64,000 nucleotides of DNA from an uncultured Clostridia bacterium (GCA_947631415.1 CANRLG010000003.1:8265-72264), one strand, 5' to 3'. Shown: positions 54,646-63,035, numbered from the stretch's first letter. A program made the numbers and translations. Notes: a model not told the origin generated them from the sequence alone.

Positions 54646-55038
54646 ATGGAAAAAAATAAGAATTTAAAGTATATTATAATATTACTTATTATCATAATAT
54701 TATTACTTGTTGGTTTTATTATCTTTTGTGCAGTAAAATTTTTAGATGAAAGAGCTGAAATTAGAAGATTATATAATAATGGTAATACAGTCAATGTAAC
54801 TAATAATGATGTCTCAAGTAATGAAAAGTATATTTCAAGAGAGGAAGCTTTAAAAGTAGCTTTAACAGATATAGGTGTTAATCAAGAAGATGTTTATGAT
54901 ATAGATATAGAACTAGATTATAAATATAGTAAAACTGTTTTTGAAGTTAATTTTAACTATGGAAAATATGAATATGAGTATTATATAAATGCTGAAGATG
55001 GAACTATAGTAAAATCATTTAAAGAGATAGATTTATAA
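54646..55038 (+). CDS. PepSY domain-containing membrane-anchored protein
   Basis: N-terminal TM helix, then a PepSY-like region ISREEALKVALTDIGVNQEDVYDIDIELDY...INAEDGTIVKSFKE. Confidence 0.75.
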   Translation: MEKNKNLKYIIILLIIIILLLVGFIIFCAVKFLDERAEIRRLYNNGNTVNVTNNDVSSNEKYISREEALKVALTDIGVNQEDVYDIDIELDYKYSKTVFEVNFNYGKYEYEYYINAEDGTIVKSFKEIDL

Positions 55039-55077
55039 TATAATAAAGTAAAATAAGGATAAATAGGTGAAGTTTAA

Positions 55078-55563
55078 ATGGAAGAAAAAGTGATATATGA
55101 AACTCGAACTTTTAAGGTATTTGTACCAGATAAAGTACATATTTCTAGGGAAGATGGAGGACATTTATGTATAATGTCAAAAGAAAAATATTTTGCAAGT
55201 AGATTAGATTTAAGTCCAAGTGAAGCAGTCGAGGTAATGCGTTTATCTATGCTTATTAGTGAAGCAATGATTAATGGCATGAAAAAAAGAGGAATAGATA
55301 TTGCCAAAATTAATTATCAGGATAATGGAAATTGGGCATATTTACGAGGAGACAAACCAGAATTTCACATTCATCTGTATGGAAGAACAATTAATTCTAA
55401 AGCTCAGAAATGGGGCGAAGCTTTAAATTTCCCAGACCCACAAGAACATTTTTATGATAATTTTAAACAACTTGAAGATAAAGATATAGAAGAAATTGTA
55501 AAAGAAATTAAATTACTTGAAAATACACCTAAATATAAAATAGAAAATTGGAAATATGAATAA
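55078..55563 (+). CDS. HIT-family-like (histidine triad) protein
   Basis: GGHLCIMSKE and a histidine-triad-like EFHIHLYGR, in the order expected for a HIT fold. Confidence 0.55.
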   Translation: MEEKVIYETRTFKVFVPDKVHISREDGGHLCIMSKEKYFASRLDLSPSEAVEVMRLSMLISEAMINGMKKRGIDIAKINYQDNGNWAYLRGDKPEFHIHLYGRTINSKAQKWGEALNFPDPQEHFYDNFKQLEDKDIEEIVKEIKLLENTPKYKIENWKYE

Positions 55564-55573
55564 TATCTAAATT

Positions 55574-55608
55574 AAGAGTTAATAAAAATTCAAATTAACT
55601 CTTTTTTT
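55574..55608 (+). terminator. Rho-independent terminator
   Basis: AAGAGTTAAT / ATTAACTCTT 10-bp stem followed by a T7 run. Confidence 0.85.
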
Positions 55609-55766
55609 GTTATTTCGTTATTAAAAATCAAAAAATACAACAATTATTGTGCTAAAAATTGAAAAATAATTAAAATGCAACTAACATTTGACAAAAAACA
55701 ACTAAAAAATGGTAGTATGCAACCGATTGAATATATATAATTTTAGTGTGAAAGGAGGAAAAAATT

Positions 55767-57245
55767 ATGAAGTTATCAGATAATATTAAAACAATAAGAA
55801 AAGAAAATAATTTATCACAAGAACAATTTGCTGAACAAGTTGGGGTATCAAGGCAAGCTGTTTCAAAGTGGGAATCTGGACAAAGTTATCCTGAAATGGA
55901 TAAAGTGCTGTTAATTTGTAAATTATATAATTACAATATAGATGAACTTATGAATGAAAATGTTAAAGAGGTAAAAGAAACTAAGGAATCTAAAATTAAA
56001 ATTAATAAGTATATAGATGATTTCTTTGAATTTGTAACTAAAACTATAGATATGTTTAGTGCATTAAAATTTAAACAAAAATTAAAATGTATAATTGAAC
56101 AAGTAATTATAGCTATAATACTATTAATAGTAGTTAATATTATAGGGGCTATAGGAAGTGGAATTTTACATGGCCTTTTGGGAGCATTACCTATTAAATT
56201 GTATTATTGCATAAGAGGAATTTTTGCTTCAGTATATGTTGCTTTAGCTATTGTATTTTCAGTTGTTTTAATTCTTCATATATTTAAAGTTAGATATTTA
56301 GACTATTATGAAGTAGTAAAACTTGAAGATAACAAAAATGATAGTAATGAGGTAAAAGATAATAATGAAAATAAGGATAATAAAGAAAACAATAAAATAT
56401 TACTTAGCAAAGAAAAAGAGAAAATTATAATTAGAGACCCAGAACATTCACAATCTGGATTTATAACAGGAATAGTTAAGTTTATAATTTTATGCTTAAA
56501 AGGAATTGCAATATTTACAGAACTTTGTTTATCAGTTTCTTTTGTATTTTTTGTAGTATTATTAACACTAAGTCTATTATTTATAAAAACAGGATTGTTA
56601 TTTATAGGTGGATTTATAGGAACAGTAGCATGTATAGTAATTAATTATGTATTATTGGAGATTTTATTTAACTTTGTAATGGATAAGAAAAACCATAAAA
56701 ACAGAATAGGAATAATGTTACTTTCATCTTTGGTAGCTGGAGGAATAAGTATTGGTCTAATTTTAATTGGTGTTACACAATTTAAAGTAAACCAAGAGAT
56801 TAGAGATGAAGTTGAAGATACATATAATTTTAATATGAATGAGAATATTATGGTTTTAGGCTATAATTGTGATATTAAATTTGTTGAAGAAGAAAGAGAA
56901 GATGTAAAAATATGTGTTAAATATTCATTATATAGTGATGTAGATGTAGAAAAAGAAGAAGATACTATTGTAATACGTGATAGAGGAACTGGAGATAATT
57001 CTTTTGAAATTATTAAAGCAATAATTAAAGATATAAATAATAAGCAAATAAACAATTATTATGAAATAGCTAAAGTACAAATTTATGCATCAAAAGATAA
57101 TATTGAAAAGATAAAACAAAATAGAATAGATGAAAGAGAAAAGGTAAATACCTTAAATCAATTAAATGAAGAAAATAGAAAACTTAAAAACCAAGTAGAA
57201 GAACTTCAAAATAAATTAGATTTAATTGAAGAAACAGAAGATTAA
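55767..57245 (+). CDS. Membrane-embedded XRE-family transcriptional regulator
   Basis: N-terminal HTH LSQEQFAEQVGVSRQAVSKWESGQSYPEMDKVLLI. This is followed by about 5-6 hydrophobic segments split by an N/K/D-rich loop, then a C-terminal soluble domain ending in a coiled coil (NEENRKLKNQVEELQNKLDLIEE). Confidence 0.8.
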   Translation: MKLSDNIKTIRKENNLSQEQFAEQVGVSRQAVSKWESGQSYPEMDKVLLICKLYNYNIDELMNENVKEVKETKESKIKINKYIDDFFEFVTKTIDMFSALKFKQKLKCIIEQVIIAIILLIVVNIIGAIGSGILHGLLGALPIKLYYCIRGIFASVYVALAIVFSVVLILHIFKVRYLDYYEVVKLEDNKNDSNEVKDNNENKDNKENNKILLSKEKEKIIIRDPEHSQSGFITGIVKFIILCLKGIAIFTELCLSVSFVFFVVLLTLSLLFIKTGLLFIGGFIGTVACIVINYVLLEILFNFVMDKKNHKNRIGIMLLSSLVAGGISIGLILIGVTQFKVNQEIRDEVEDTYNFNMNENIMVLGYNCDIKFVEEEREDVKICVKYSLYSDVDVEKEEDTIVIRDRGTGDNSFEIIKAIIKDINNKQINNYYEIAKVQIYASKDNIEKIKQNRIDEREKVNTLNQLNEENRKLKNQVEELQNKLDLIEETED

Positions 57246-57253
57246 TAAGTATA

Positions 57254-57278
57254 AGCTCACTAATATTAGTGGGCTTTT
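57254..57278 (+). terminator. Rho-independent terminator candidate
   Basis: AGCTCACTA / TAGTGGGCT stem followed by a short T4 run. Confidence 0.5.
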
Positions 57279-57355
57279 ATATTGTATAATAATGTAACTA
57301 TCATTTGAAAAAAATAACTGTTAGTAATATAATATTAAAAAGAGGAGAGATGTAT

Positions 57356-58192
57356 ATGAAAACAGTAGTTATAACAGGTAGTGCTAGAGGTCTTGGATAT
57401 AATATGTCGAGATTTTTTAGAGAGTATAATTATAATGTAGTTATTAGTGACTTAAATGAAGAAAATTTAATTAAAGCTAAAGAAGAATTAGAAAAGTATA
57501 GTTCAGAAGGAAAAATAGCATATAAAGTATGTAATGTATCTAAGATAGAGGAATTACAAGAACTTATGAAGTTTGCTATATCAGAATTTGAAAAAGTAGA
57601 TATTTGGATAAATAATGCTGGTGTTAATCAACCACAAAAGGCAATTTGGGAGCTTTCAGAAAGTGACATTAATACATTAATAGATGTAGACTTAAAAGGG
57701 GCTATATTTGGCAGTAAAGTCGCTATGGAGCAGATGATTAAGCAAGGTAGTGGAGCAATATATAATATTGAGGGATATGGCAGTAATGACGCACACATGC
57801 TTGGCTTGAATATGTATGGAACTAGTAAAAGAGCTGTTACATATTTAACAGAGAGCTTAGCACAAGAGGCAGAGGAAAGAAATACAGGAGTAATTGTTGG
57901 TAAATTAAGTCCAGGAATTATGATAACTGAATTTACAACTCATTCTTTAGGAAATGATAAAATTGAACTTGCGGATAAAACTAAAAAGGTATATAACATT
58001 TTAGGAGATACACCACAAACTGTTGGAAAGTTTTTAGTAGATAAGATGGTTACTAATACTAAAAATAATGTTAAAATAAATTGGCTTACAAATTCAAAAG
58101 CTTTTGTACGTTTTATGACTGCTGGATTTAATAAAAGAAACTTTTTTGGTGAAGACCAAAAATTATTAACAGATGAAAATGAAAAAAAGTGA
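57356..58192 (+). CDS. Short-chain dehydrogenase/reductase (SDR) family oxidoreductase
   Basis: ATG 57356 follows SD AGAGGAGAG. Contains TGSARGLG (TGxxxGxG), NNAG and YGTSK (YxxxK). Confidence 0.85.
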   Translation: MKTVVITGSARGLGYNMSRFFREYNYNVVISDLNEENLIKAKEELEKYSSEGKIAYKVCNVSKIEELQELMKFAISEFEKVDIWINNAGVNQPQKAIWELSESDINTLIDVDLKGAIFGSKVAMEQMIKQGSGAIYNIEGYGSNDAHMLGLNMYGTSKRAVTYLTESLAQEAEERNTGVIVGKLSPGIMITEFTTHSLGNDKIELADKTKKVYNILGDTPQTVGKFLVDKMVTNTKNNVKINWLTNSKAFVRFMTAGFNKRNFFGEDQKLLTDENEKK

Positions 58193-58219
58193 GGCACATT
58201 TAAAATGTACCTCATTTTT
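58191..58219. terminator. Bidirectional terminator between convergent genes
   Basis: GAGGCACAT / ATGTACCTC stem (one mismatch), with an A7 run on the left and a T5 run on the right. Confidence 0.65.
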
Positions 58220-58223
58220 AATA

Positions 58224-60764
58224 TTATTTTTTATTTCTTTTTATAATAGGTGATTCATAAGTTTCTGTAATTGCACCACCATTAGAATTTTGAGTATCTA
58301 AACTTGCATCATTATTTTCAAAAACAATTTCAAAGTCATCACCAATATCTGAAGCACTAACAAAATCTTGAGTCTTTGTATTTGCTTTTACAGATGATGT
58401 TGAATTAACATTAGATGCTTTAGATTTTGCTATTTCTTTTTGTAATTCTTCTTTTAATCTAGAAGTTGTACTAACTCCAAATAGTTTTTCATCACTTGTA
58501 GTTGTATCACTTTCGTTCATTGTAATTGTTGGTGTCTCTGGTTTAGACATCATATATTTTTCAAAGTTAAACATTAATGTATTTTGTTTTTGTTTATACT
58601 TGTCTGCTAAGAAAGAAGTTTTGCCTTCACCAAATACAGATTTTCCACTTGAATTTTTTGTTTTATAGAACATTGAACCAAATCCAAGTTCTGCAAGTTT
58701 ATGAATCTTAATTCTTTCTTTATCTTTTATCTCAATCTTCTTACCTTTAGATACAAAGCCTTCATTTTTATCAATAGTATAAGATTCGCTTGTATCGACT
58801 TTCTTTTCCATACCAAAAGCACTGCTCCAGTATTCACTATCTTCTCTAACTGTATCACCAAATACAATTTGAGTTTTAGTGTTTGCAAGAACAACTTGTC
58901 TATAGTATTTAGTATTACTCTTTTCAAGTTGAGATAAGTTTTGAATAGCTACTGTAACACCACATCTATATTTTCTAAATAGTGTGAACATAACTTCCAT
59001 ATCCTTAGTGATATATTCAGGGAACTCATCTATATATAAGAAGTGTGGAGTTCTAGAATCTTCATTACCTTTTCTTCTTAATACTGCATCTTGGAATTGT
59101 AGTATAAAGAACATACCAAATGCTTTTGCTTGTATTATACCAAGGTCACCTTTTCTTGAACAAGCAGTTATAACACTACCGTTTTCAAGAGCTTTATCAA
59201 AATCTATAACATTCTTTTTACCACAAAGAGCAGCTTTAAGACCTGGATTACGAATTAAGTTATTAAGTTGTGTGATAGCACCGTATAAGAATTTTTCAGT
59301 ATCTTTTCTACCACTACCTTTTGTACCAGGTATTTCGTATCCATTTATATTAAGACTTGGTTTGTAGAAGTTCTTTTCAAAATAACGAATTAGTAATTTA
59401 TATTTTTGTTCTAATTCTGGAATTTTTTTCATTTCTTCAGTCATTTCTTCAACTGCATCAAAGTTGTATAGTAATTCAAGCATATCTTCAAGAGATGCCA
59501 TTTCTCCGTTATGAAGAATAGGGTACATTTCTTTTAGTAATATAGATAAGTTTTGGAAAGCATCCATCGTAACTTGTGTAAAGAATGGGTCGCTACTTCC
59601 TTTTGAATCACTTCCATACATTGCCATTAAAACATCCGCTATGATTGAAGCAACTTTAGCAGGATCTGGAATAGCAAATGGATTTATACTTAATGTTGTT
59701 TCTGGACTTGCTGGGTCAATAGATAAGACATCTATATCAAAATTATTAGCCACACCAATAAATTGTGAAATAAAGTTACCATCATTTTCAACGATTGTTA
59801 TACCTAAATTTCTATAAGTTGTATTTCCTGTTGCATTGTCTTTATATTGTACAAGAGGAGAAACCTCTGATTCAAATTCATTTTCCATTCCATTTTTTGG
59901 TCTTAGCATACTTAGAGTGAAGTTCCTATTAATATATTTGTTATCATAAGGACCATTCATATATGCTACGCCTCTTTTTAGCATAGAATAACCAATCTTT
60001 TTTGCATATTCTCTAAAAAAGAATTTTTTCTCTAAGTCTAAAGCACTCATTGGTAGTAGAACTGTTGCAGTTTTACCAGTACCAGTTGCACCTTGTACTA
60101 GAGTTGATTCGTAACGTTTCTTTTCAGATACAACTATTGGAATTGCAGTACCTTTTGCAGTACCAATTACTGTATCACAACTAAATGTTCCATCATTCTT
60201 TTTATTTCCACTAATTGTTAAACCAACAAATCCTGCAATAGATTTTGTTAAATCTTCAGATTCGTATATTCCAAGTAGGTAATCTGCAATACTGAAAGCA
60301 AATCTAAAAGGTACTACTAAGCAAAGTATTCTAACTGCTGAAATTGCAAATTCTGAAAGATAAAATGCATTTTGAGCATATTTGTCTATGGAGTCAAGCA
60401 GTGCCCAAAAACCAACGTTAATAACTGCAGAAACTGAAAATAAAACAAGTATTGCAAGTAATAGATATGTAAATTGGAACATCTTTATTTTTTCATCATC
60501 ATTTTTAGGAAGACCAGAATTTACATATAGTGAAAAAGCAAGAGGTGGTATCATATATAGTACCGAAACTAAATATGGTAGTAACCTTTGCAAAAGATTA
60601 TTGGTAGAATTAGTGTTAAACATACGAGTATTATCTGTTGCAAAGCTTAACAATTTTACTATGCAAATAAGAGCTGCAATAATACTTATCCCATACAAAA
60701 TATATGTTAACACCTTTTCTGGTTTTGTTTTAATGTGTAATTTCTTAAATAAACTCTCTAACAA
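58224..60764 (-). CDS. Orphan membrane-anchored type IV secretion coupling protein-like ATPase (TraG/TraD/VirD4-like)
   Basis: 846 aa, TTG start after SD GGTGA. The first 170 aa or so contain 4-5 hydrophobic segments. Walker A is LVQGATGTGKT (aa about 222-232). Downstream are PHFLYIDEFPEY (Walker B-like), VAIQNLSQLE and TQIVFG, in T4CP order. The C-terminal tail is rich in S/T/N/D. Confidence 0.65.
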   Translation of the reverse strand: MLESLFKKLHIKTKPEKVLTYILYGISIIAALICIVKLLSFATDNTRMFNTNSTNNLLQRLLPYLVSVLYMIPPLAFSLYVNSGLPKNDDEKIKMFQFTYLLLAILVLFSVSAVINVGFWALLDSIDKYAQNAFYLSEFAISAVRILCLVVPFRFAFSIADYLLGIYESEDLTKSIAGFVGLTISGNKKNDGTFSCDTVIGTAKGTAIPIVVSEKKRYESTLVQGATGTGKTATVLLPMSALDLEKKFFFREYAKKIGYSMLKRGVAYMNGPYDNKYINRNFTLSMLRPKNGMENEFESEVSPLVQYKDNATGNTTYRNLGITIVENDGNFISQFIGVANNFDIDVLSIDPASPETTLSINPFAIPDPAKVASIIADVLMAMYGSDSKGSSDPFFTQVTMDAFQNLSILLKEMYPILHNGEMASLEDMLELLYNFDAVEEMTEEMKKIPELEQKYKLLIRYFEKNFYKPSLNINGYEIPGTKGSGRKDTEKFLYGAITQLNNLIRNPGLKAALCGKKNVIDFDKALENGSVITACSRKGDLGIIQAKAFGMFFILQFQDAVLRRKGNEDSRTPHFLYIDEFPEYITKDMEVMFTLFRKYRCGVTVAIQNLSQLEKSNTKYYRQVVLANTKTQIVFGDTVREDSEYWSSAFGMEKKVDTSESYTIDKNEGFVSKGKKIEIKDKERIKIHKLAELGFGSMFYKTKNSSGKSVFGEGKTSFLADKYKQKQNTLMFNFEKYMMSKPETPTITMNESDTTTSDEKLFGVSTTSRLKEELQKEIAKSKASNVNSTSSVKANTKTQDFVSASDIGDDFEIVFENNDASLDTQNSNGGAITETYESPIIKRNKK

Positions 60765-60809
60765 ATAAATTCACCACTTTCAGCGTATCAACGCTAATAT
60801 ATCATTTAA

Positions 60810-60838
60810 TTGACATATTAAATAAATTCATATATAAT
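60810..60838 (+). promoter_or_regulatory. Consensus sigma-A promoter for pth
   Basis: TTGACA, 17-nt spacer, TATAAT: a perfect match to consensus, about 95 nt upstream of pth. Confidence 0.65.
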
Positions 60839-60865
60839 AATACTATAAAAAGCACATTTTTTCAA
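60837..60865 (-). promoter_or_regulatory. Sigma-A-type promoter for the T4CP-like gene
   Basis: On the minus strand, TTGAAA (60865-60860), 17-nt spacer, TATTAT (60842-60837). Its -10 overlaps the -10 of the divergent pth promoter. Confidence 0.55.
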
Positions 60866-60935
60866 GAGTTTTTATGAAACTTAAAATAAATTTAATTACG
60901 TAAATTAAGATTTACATAAAAGGATGGTAAAAATA

Positions 60936-61469
60936 ATGAAAATAATAGTAGGACTTGGTAATCCTGGAAAGAAATATGATAGTACAAGACACAACATTGG
61001 ATGGATGTTTATAGATTATTTAGCAAAGGCTAATAATATAGAGGTAACTAAATCTCAATGTGATTCTTTAGTAGGTGAAACTATGATTAATGGTGAAAAA
61101 ATTATCTTAGTAAAACCTACTACTTTTATGAATTTAAGTGGAAATGCTGTAGTTAAAATTAAAAATTGGTATAAGGTAGAAAATTCTGATATATTGATAG
61201 TTTTTGATGATGTGGATATTCCTTTTGGAACTGTTAGATACAGAGTAAAGGGAAGTGGTGGTTCACACAATGGAATGAAAAATATTGTTCAAATGCTATC
61301 TACTGAACAAGTAGCAAGACTTAGAATTGGACTTGGAGGACTTAAAAGAGAAAGACAAAATATGATAGATTTTGTACTTCAAAAGTTTTCAAAAGATGAA
61401 CTTGATAAACTAAATCTTGAAATATTTCCAGAAGCAGAACTAAAATTAAAAGATTTTCTTGACAATTAA
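60936..61469 (+). CDS. pth: Peptidyl-tRNA hydrolase
   Basis: MKIIVGLGNPGKKYDSTRHNIGW plus conserved later motifs. ATG 60936 is 9 nt after SD AAGGA, and the track start at 60924 overlaps that SD. Confidence 0.93.
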   Translation: MKIIVGLGNPGKKYDSTRHNIGWMFIDYLAKANNIEVTKSQCDSLVGETMINGEKIILVKPTTFMNLSGNAVVKIKNWYKVENSDILIVFDDVDIPFGTVRYRVKGSGGSHNGMKNIVQMLSTEQVARLRIGLGGLKRERQNMIDFVLQKFSKDELDKLNLEIFPEAELKLKDFLDN

Positions 61470-61487
61470 TTAGTATTATGTTAAAAT
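61459..61487 (+). promoter_or_regulatory. Sigma-A-type promoter for rplU-rpmA, followed by a leader of about 85 nt
   Basis: TTGACA (inside the pth 3' end), 17-nt spacer, TAAAAT. The untranslated leader before SD AGGAGGA could be an L21-type ribosomal-protein leader, but I could not verify a fold by eye. Confidence 0.5.
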
Positions 61488-61574
61488 AATGGACGTATTC
61501 CGCACAGAACAGGTTTTAAAAGTTTGAAAAAACACCTTTATGGCGAGAGCAAGTTAGAAATAAGGAGGAACAAT

Positions 61575-61934
61575 ATGTACGCAATAGTTGAAATTAGTGG
61601 AAAACAGTACAAAGTTTCAGAAGGAGACACAGTTTTCGTTGACAGAATTGAAGAACTTGAAGAAGGAAAATCAACAACTTTTGATAAAGTTCTATTAGTT
61701 TCTGATGGAAACAAAGTAACAGTTGGAACAGATACTGTAAAAGGAGCTAAAGTTAAAGCTTCAGTTGTTGGACATGGAAAAGCTAAAAAAATCCGTGTAT
61801 ACAAATACAAAGCTAAGAAAAATGAAAGAAAAGTAAGAGGACACAGACAACCTTATACTAAAATCTTAATTGAAAAAATAACAACTGGAACTAGAGCTAA
61901 GAAAACAGAAGAAGCTGAAGAAAAAGCTGAATAA
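61575..61934 (+). CDS. rplU: 50S ribosomal protein L21 (with K/E-rich C-terminal extension)
   Basis: MYAIVEISGKQYKVSEGD... with ATG 61575 after SD AGGAGGA. The track TTG start at 61524 is upstream of the SD. Confidence 0.95.
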   Translation: MYAIVEISGKQYKVSEGDTVFVDRIEELEEGKSTTFDKVLLVSDGNKVTVGTDTVKGAKVKASVVGHGKAKKIRVYKYKAKKNERKVRGHRQPYTKILIEKITTGTRAKKTEEAEEKAE

Positions 61935-61981
61935 TTTAATATTGTAAAAACATAATGTAATTAAAAAAAGGAGTGAGATAA

Positions 61982-62242
61982 ATGGCACATAAAAAAGGTG
62001 GCGGTTCTACTAAGAACGGGAGAGATAGTGAAGCTAAAAGACTTGGAGCTAAAAGAGCTGATGGTCAATTCGTATTAGCAGGAAATATTCTATACAGACA
62101 AAGAGGAACTAAAATGTATCCAGGTACTAACGTTGGTATCGGTAGTGATGATACTCTATTTGCTAAAGTTGATGGTGTCGTTAAATTCGAAAGAAAAGGA
62201 AGAAGCGACAAAAAAGTTAGCGTTTATCCTGTAGAAGAATAA
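61982..62242 (+). CDS. rpmA: 50S ribosomal protein L27 (no N-terminal propeptide)
   Basis: [25 protein letters not shown]... with SD AAGGAG upstream. Confidence 0.97.
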   Translation: MAHKKGGGSTKNGRDSEAKRLGAKRADGQFVLAGNILYRQRGTKMYPGTNVGIGSDDTLFAKVDGVVKFERKGRSDKKVSVYPVEE

Positions 62243-62255
62243 TATAAGAATTATT

Positions 62256-62284
62256 GAGTAGCTAGAAATGGCTACTCTTTTTTT
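62256..62284 (+). terminator. Rho-independent terminator after rpmA
   Basis: GAGTAGC / GCTACTC stem followed by a T7 run. Confidence 0.85.
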
Positions 62285-62315
62285 ATCTAAAATACTTGAA
62301 TAAAGTACATATTTT

Positions 62316-62344
62316 CTTGACTACTTTACATAAGTATGGTATAA
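62316..62344 (+). promoter_or_regulatory. Near-consensus sigma-A promoter with extended -10
   Basis: TTGACT, 17-nt spacer, TATAAT, preceded by TGG (a TGn extended -10). Confidence 0.6.
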
Positions 62345-62404
62345 TTTATACTAGTCTAGATTTAAGAAAACCGAATAAATAATTATGAAAAGGGGGAAAT
62401 AGCT

Positions 62405-63035
62405 ATGAATGTATGCTATGATGAAAACCTACAAAGGATAATCTTAAGAAATCGGGAATAATAGTTCAGATGAAGAAATAATAGAGGGTAAAGTACATAT
62501 TAACTTCGAAAAAAAAGAAGTTAGAATTTATAATTTAAGCACTAAAGATGAACTAGATAATGAATCTAGAGGTAGAATACTATATAGTATTTTAGAAAAA
62601 ACTGTTTTTTTTCCAAATGCAAATAAATCTTCAATTGCAAAGAGAGATAATATAGAAACATATACATTACTTGTAAATGGTTATTTACTAGATGGGTCTT
62701 TTAAGGAATATAATAAAAGTTATCCATCAATTGCTTCAGAGTTCATGAAAATAGAAGATTATGAAAATGAACCAAAAAATAGCAGAATAATCAGAAATAA
62801 TGTAAAAAGTATCTATGAAAAATATAAAAATAAATTAGGAAAAGAGATAGTAAATATAAAAATTTCATCTAATAATAGAATAAGTAAGTATTTTGAATTG
62901 TTAAATACAGCTATTATATTAAATGAATTTTTAAATAATAAAGACATCTATGTGGTTTGTAGTATTTATGGAAACATATTCAAGAAAGAAAGAGAGTTAA
63001 TTATTAGACCAAAGATTACAAAAAATTGGAATTAG
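62405..63035 (+). pseudogene. Frameshift-disrupted gene for an unknown protein of about 205 aa
   Basis: ATG 62405 with SD AAGGGGGA gives only 18 codons before a stop at 62459-62461. The +1 frame is open from 62448 to 63035 but has no start codon before ATG 62745. The two frames overlap across 62448-62461. Confidence 0.6.

Noticed and set aside
55675-55740. A 21-codon ORF (MQLTFDKKQLKNGSMQPIEYI) in the leader of the XRE-membrane regulator gene.
   Set aside because: It has no SD and overlaps the probable promoter, and there is no supporting feature.
58224-60764. FtsK/SpoIIIE DNA translocase assignment for the 846-aa ATPase.
   Set aside because: The Walker A context (GATGTGKT rather than GxTGSGKS) does not fit FtsK. 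Neither do the IDEF Walker B, the QNLSQL motif or the absence of a gamma domain. These features fit T4CP-type proteins better.
58701-60768. Plus-strand ORFs (78, 127 and 128 aa) overlapping the T4CP-like gene. The similar antisense ORFs in the track opposite pcrA, secA, the SNF2 helicase and murF belong in the same category.
   Set aside because: They have no SD sites or motifs and lie entirely within well-supported genes on the other strand.
48060-60935. Direct repeats (att sites) flanking the putative island.
   Set aside because: Comparing 48060-48235 with 60765-60935 by eye gave only AT-rich matches of up to 8 nt (for example AATTAAGA), which is chance level in this composition.
62448-62461. 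Programmed +1 ribosomal frameshift joining the 18-codon ORF to the downstream frame, by analogy with prfB.
   Set aside because: There is no slippery P-site codon that re-pairs in the +1 frame, and no internal SD-like stimulator at the right distance. A simple indel is more parsimonious.
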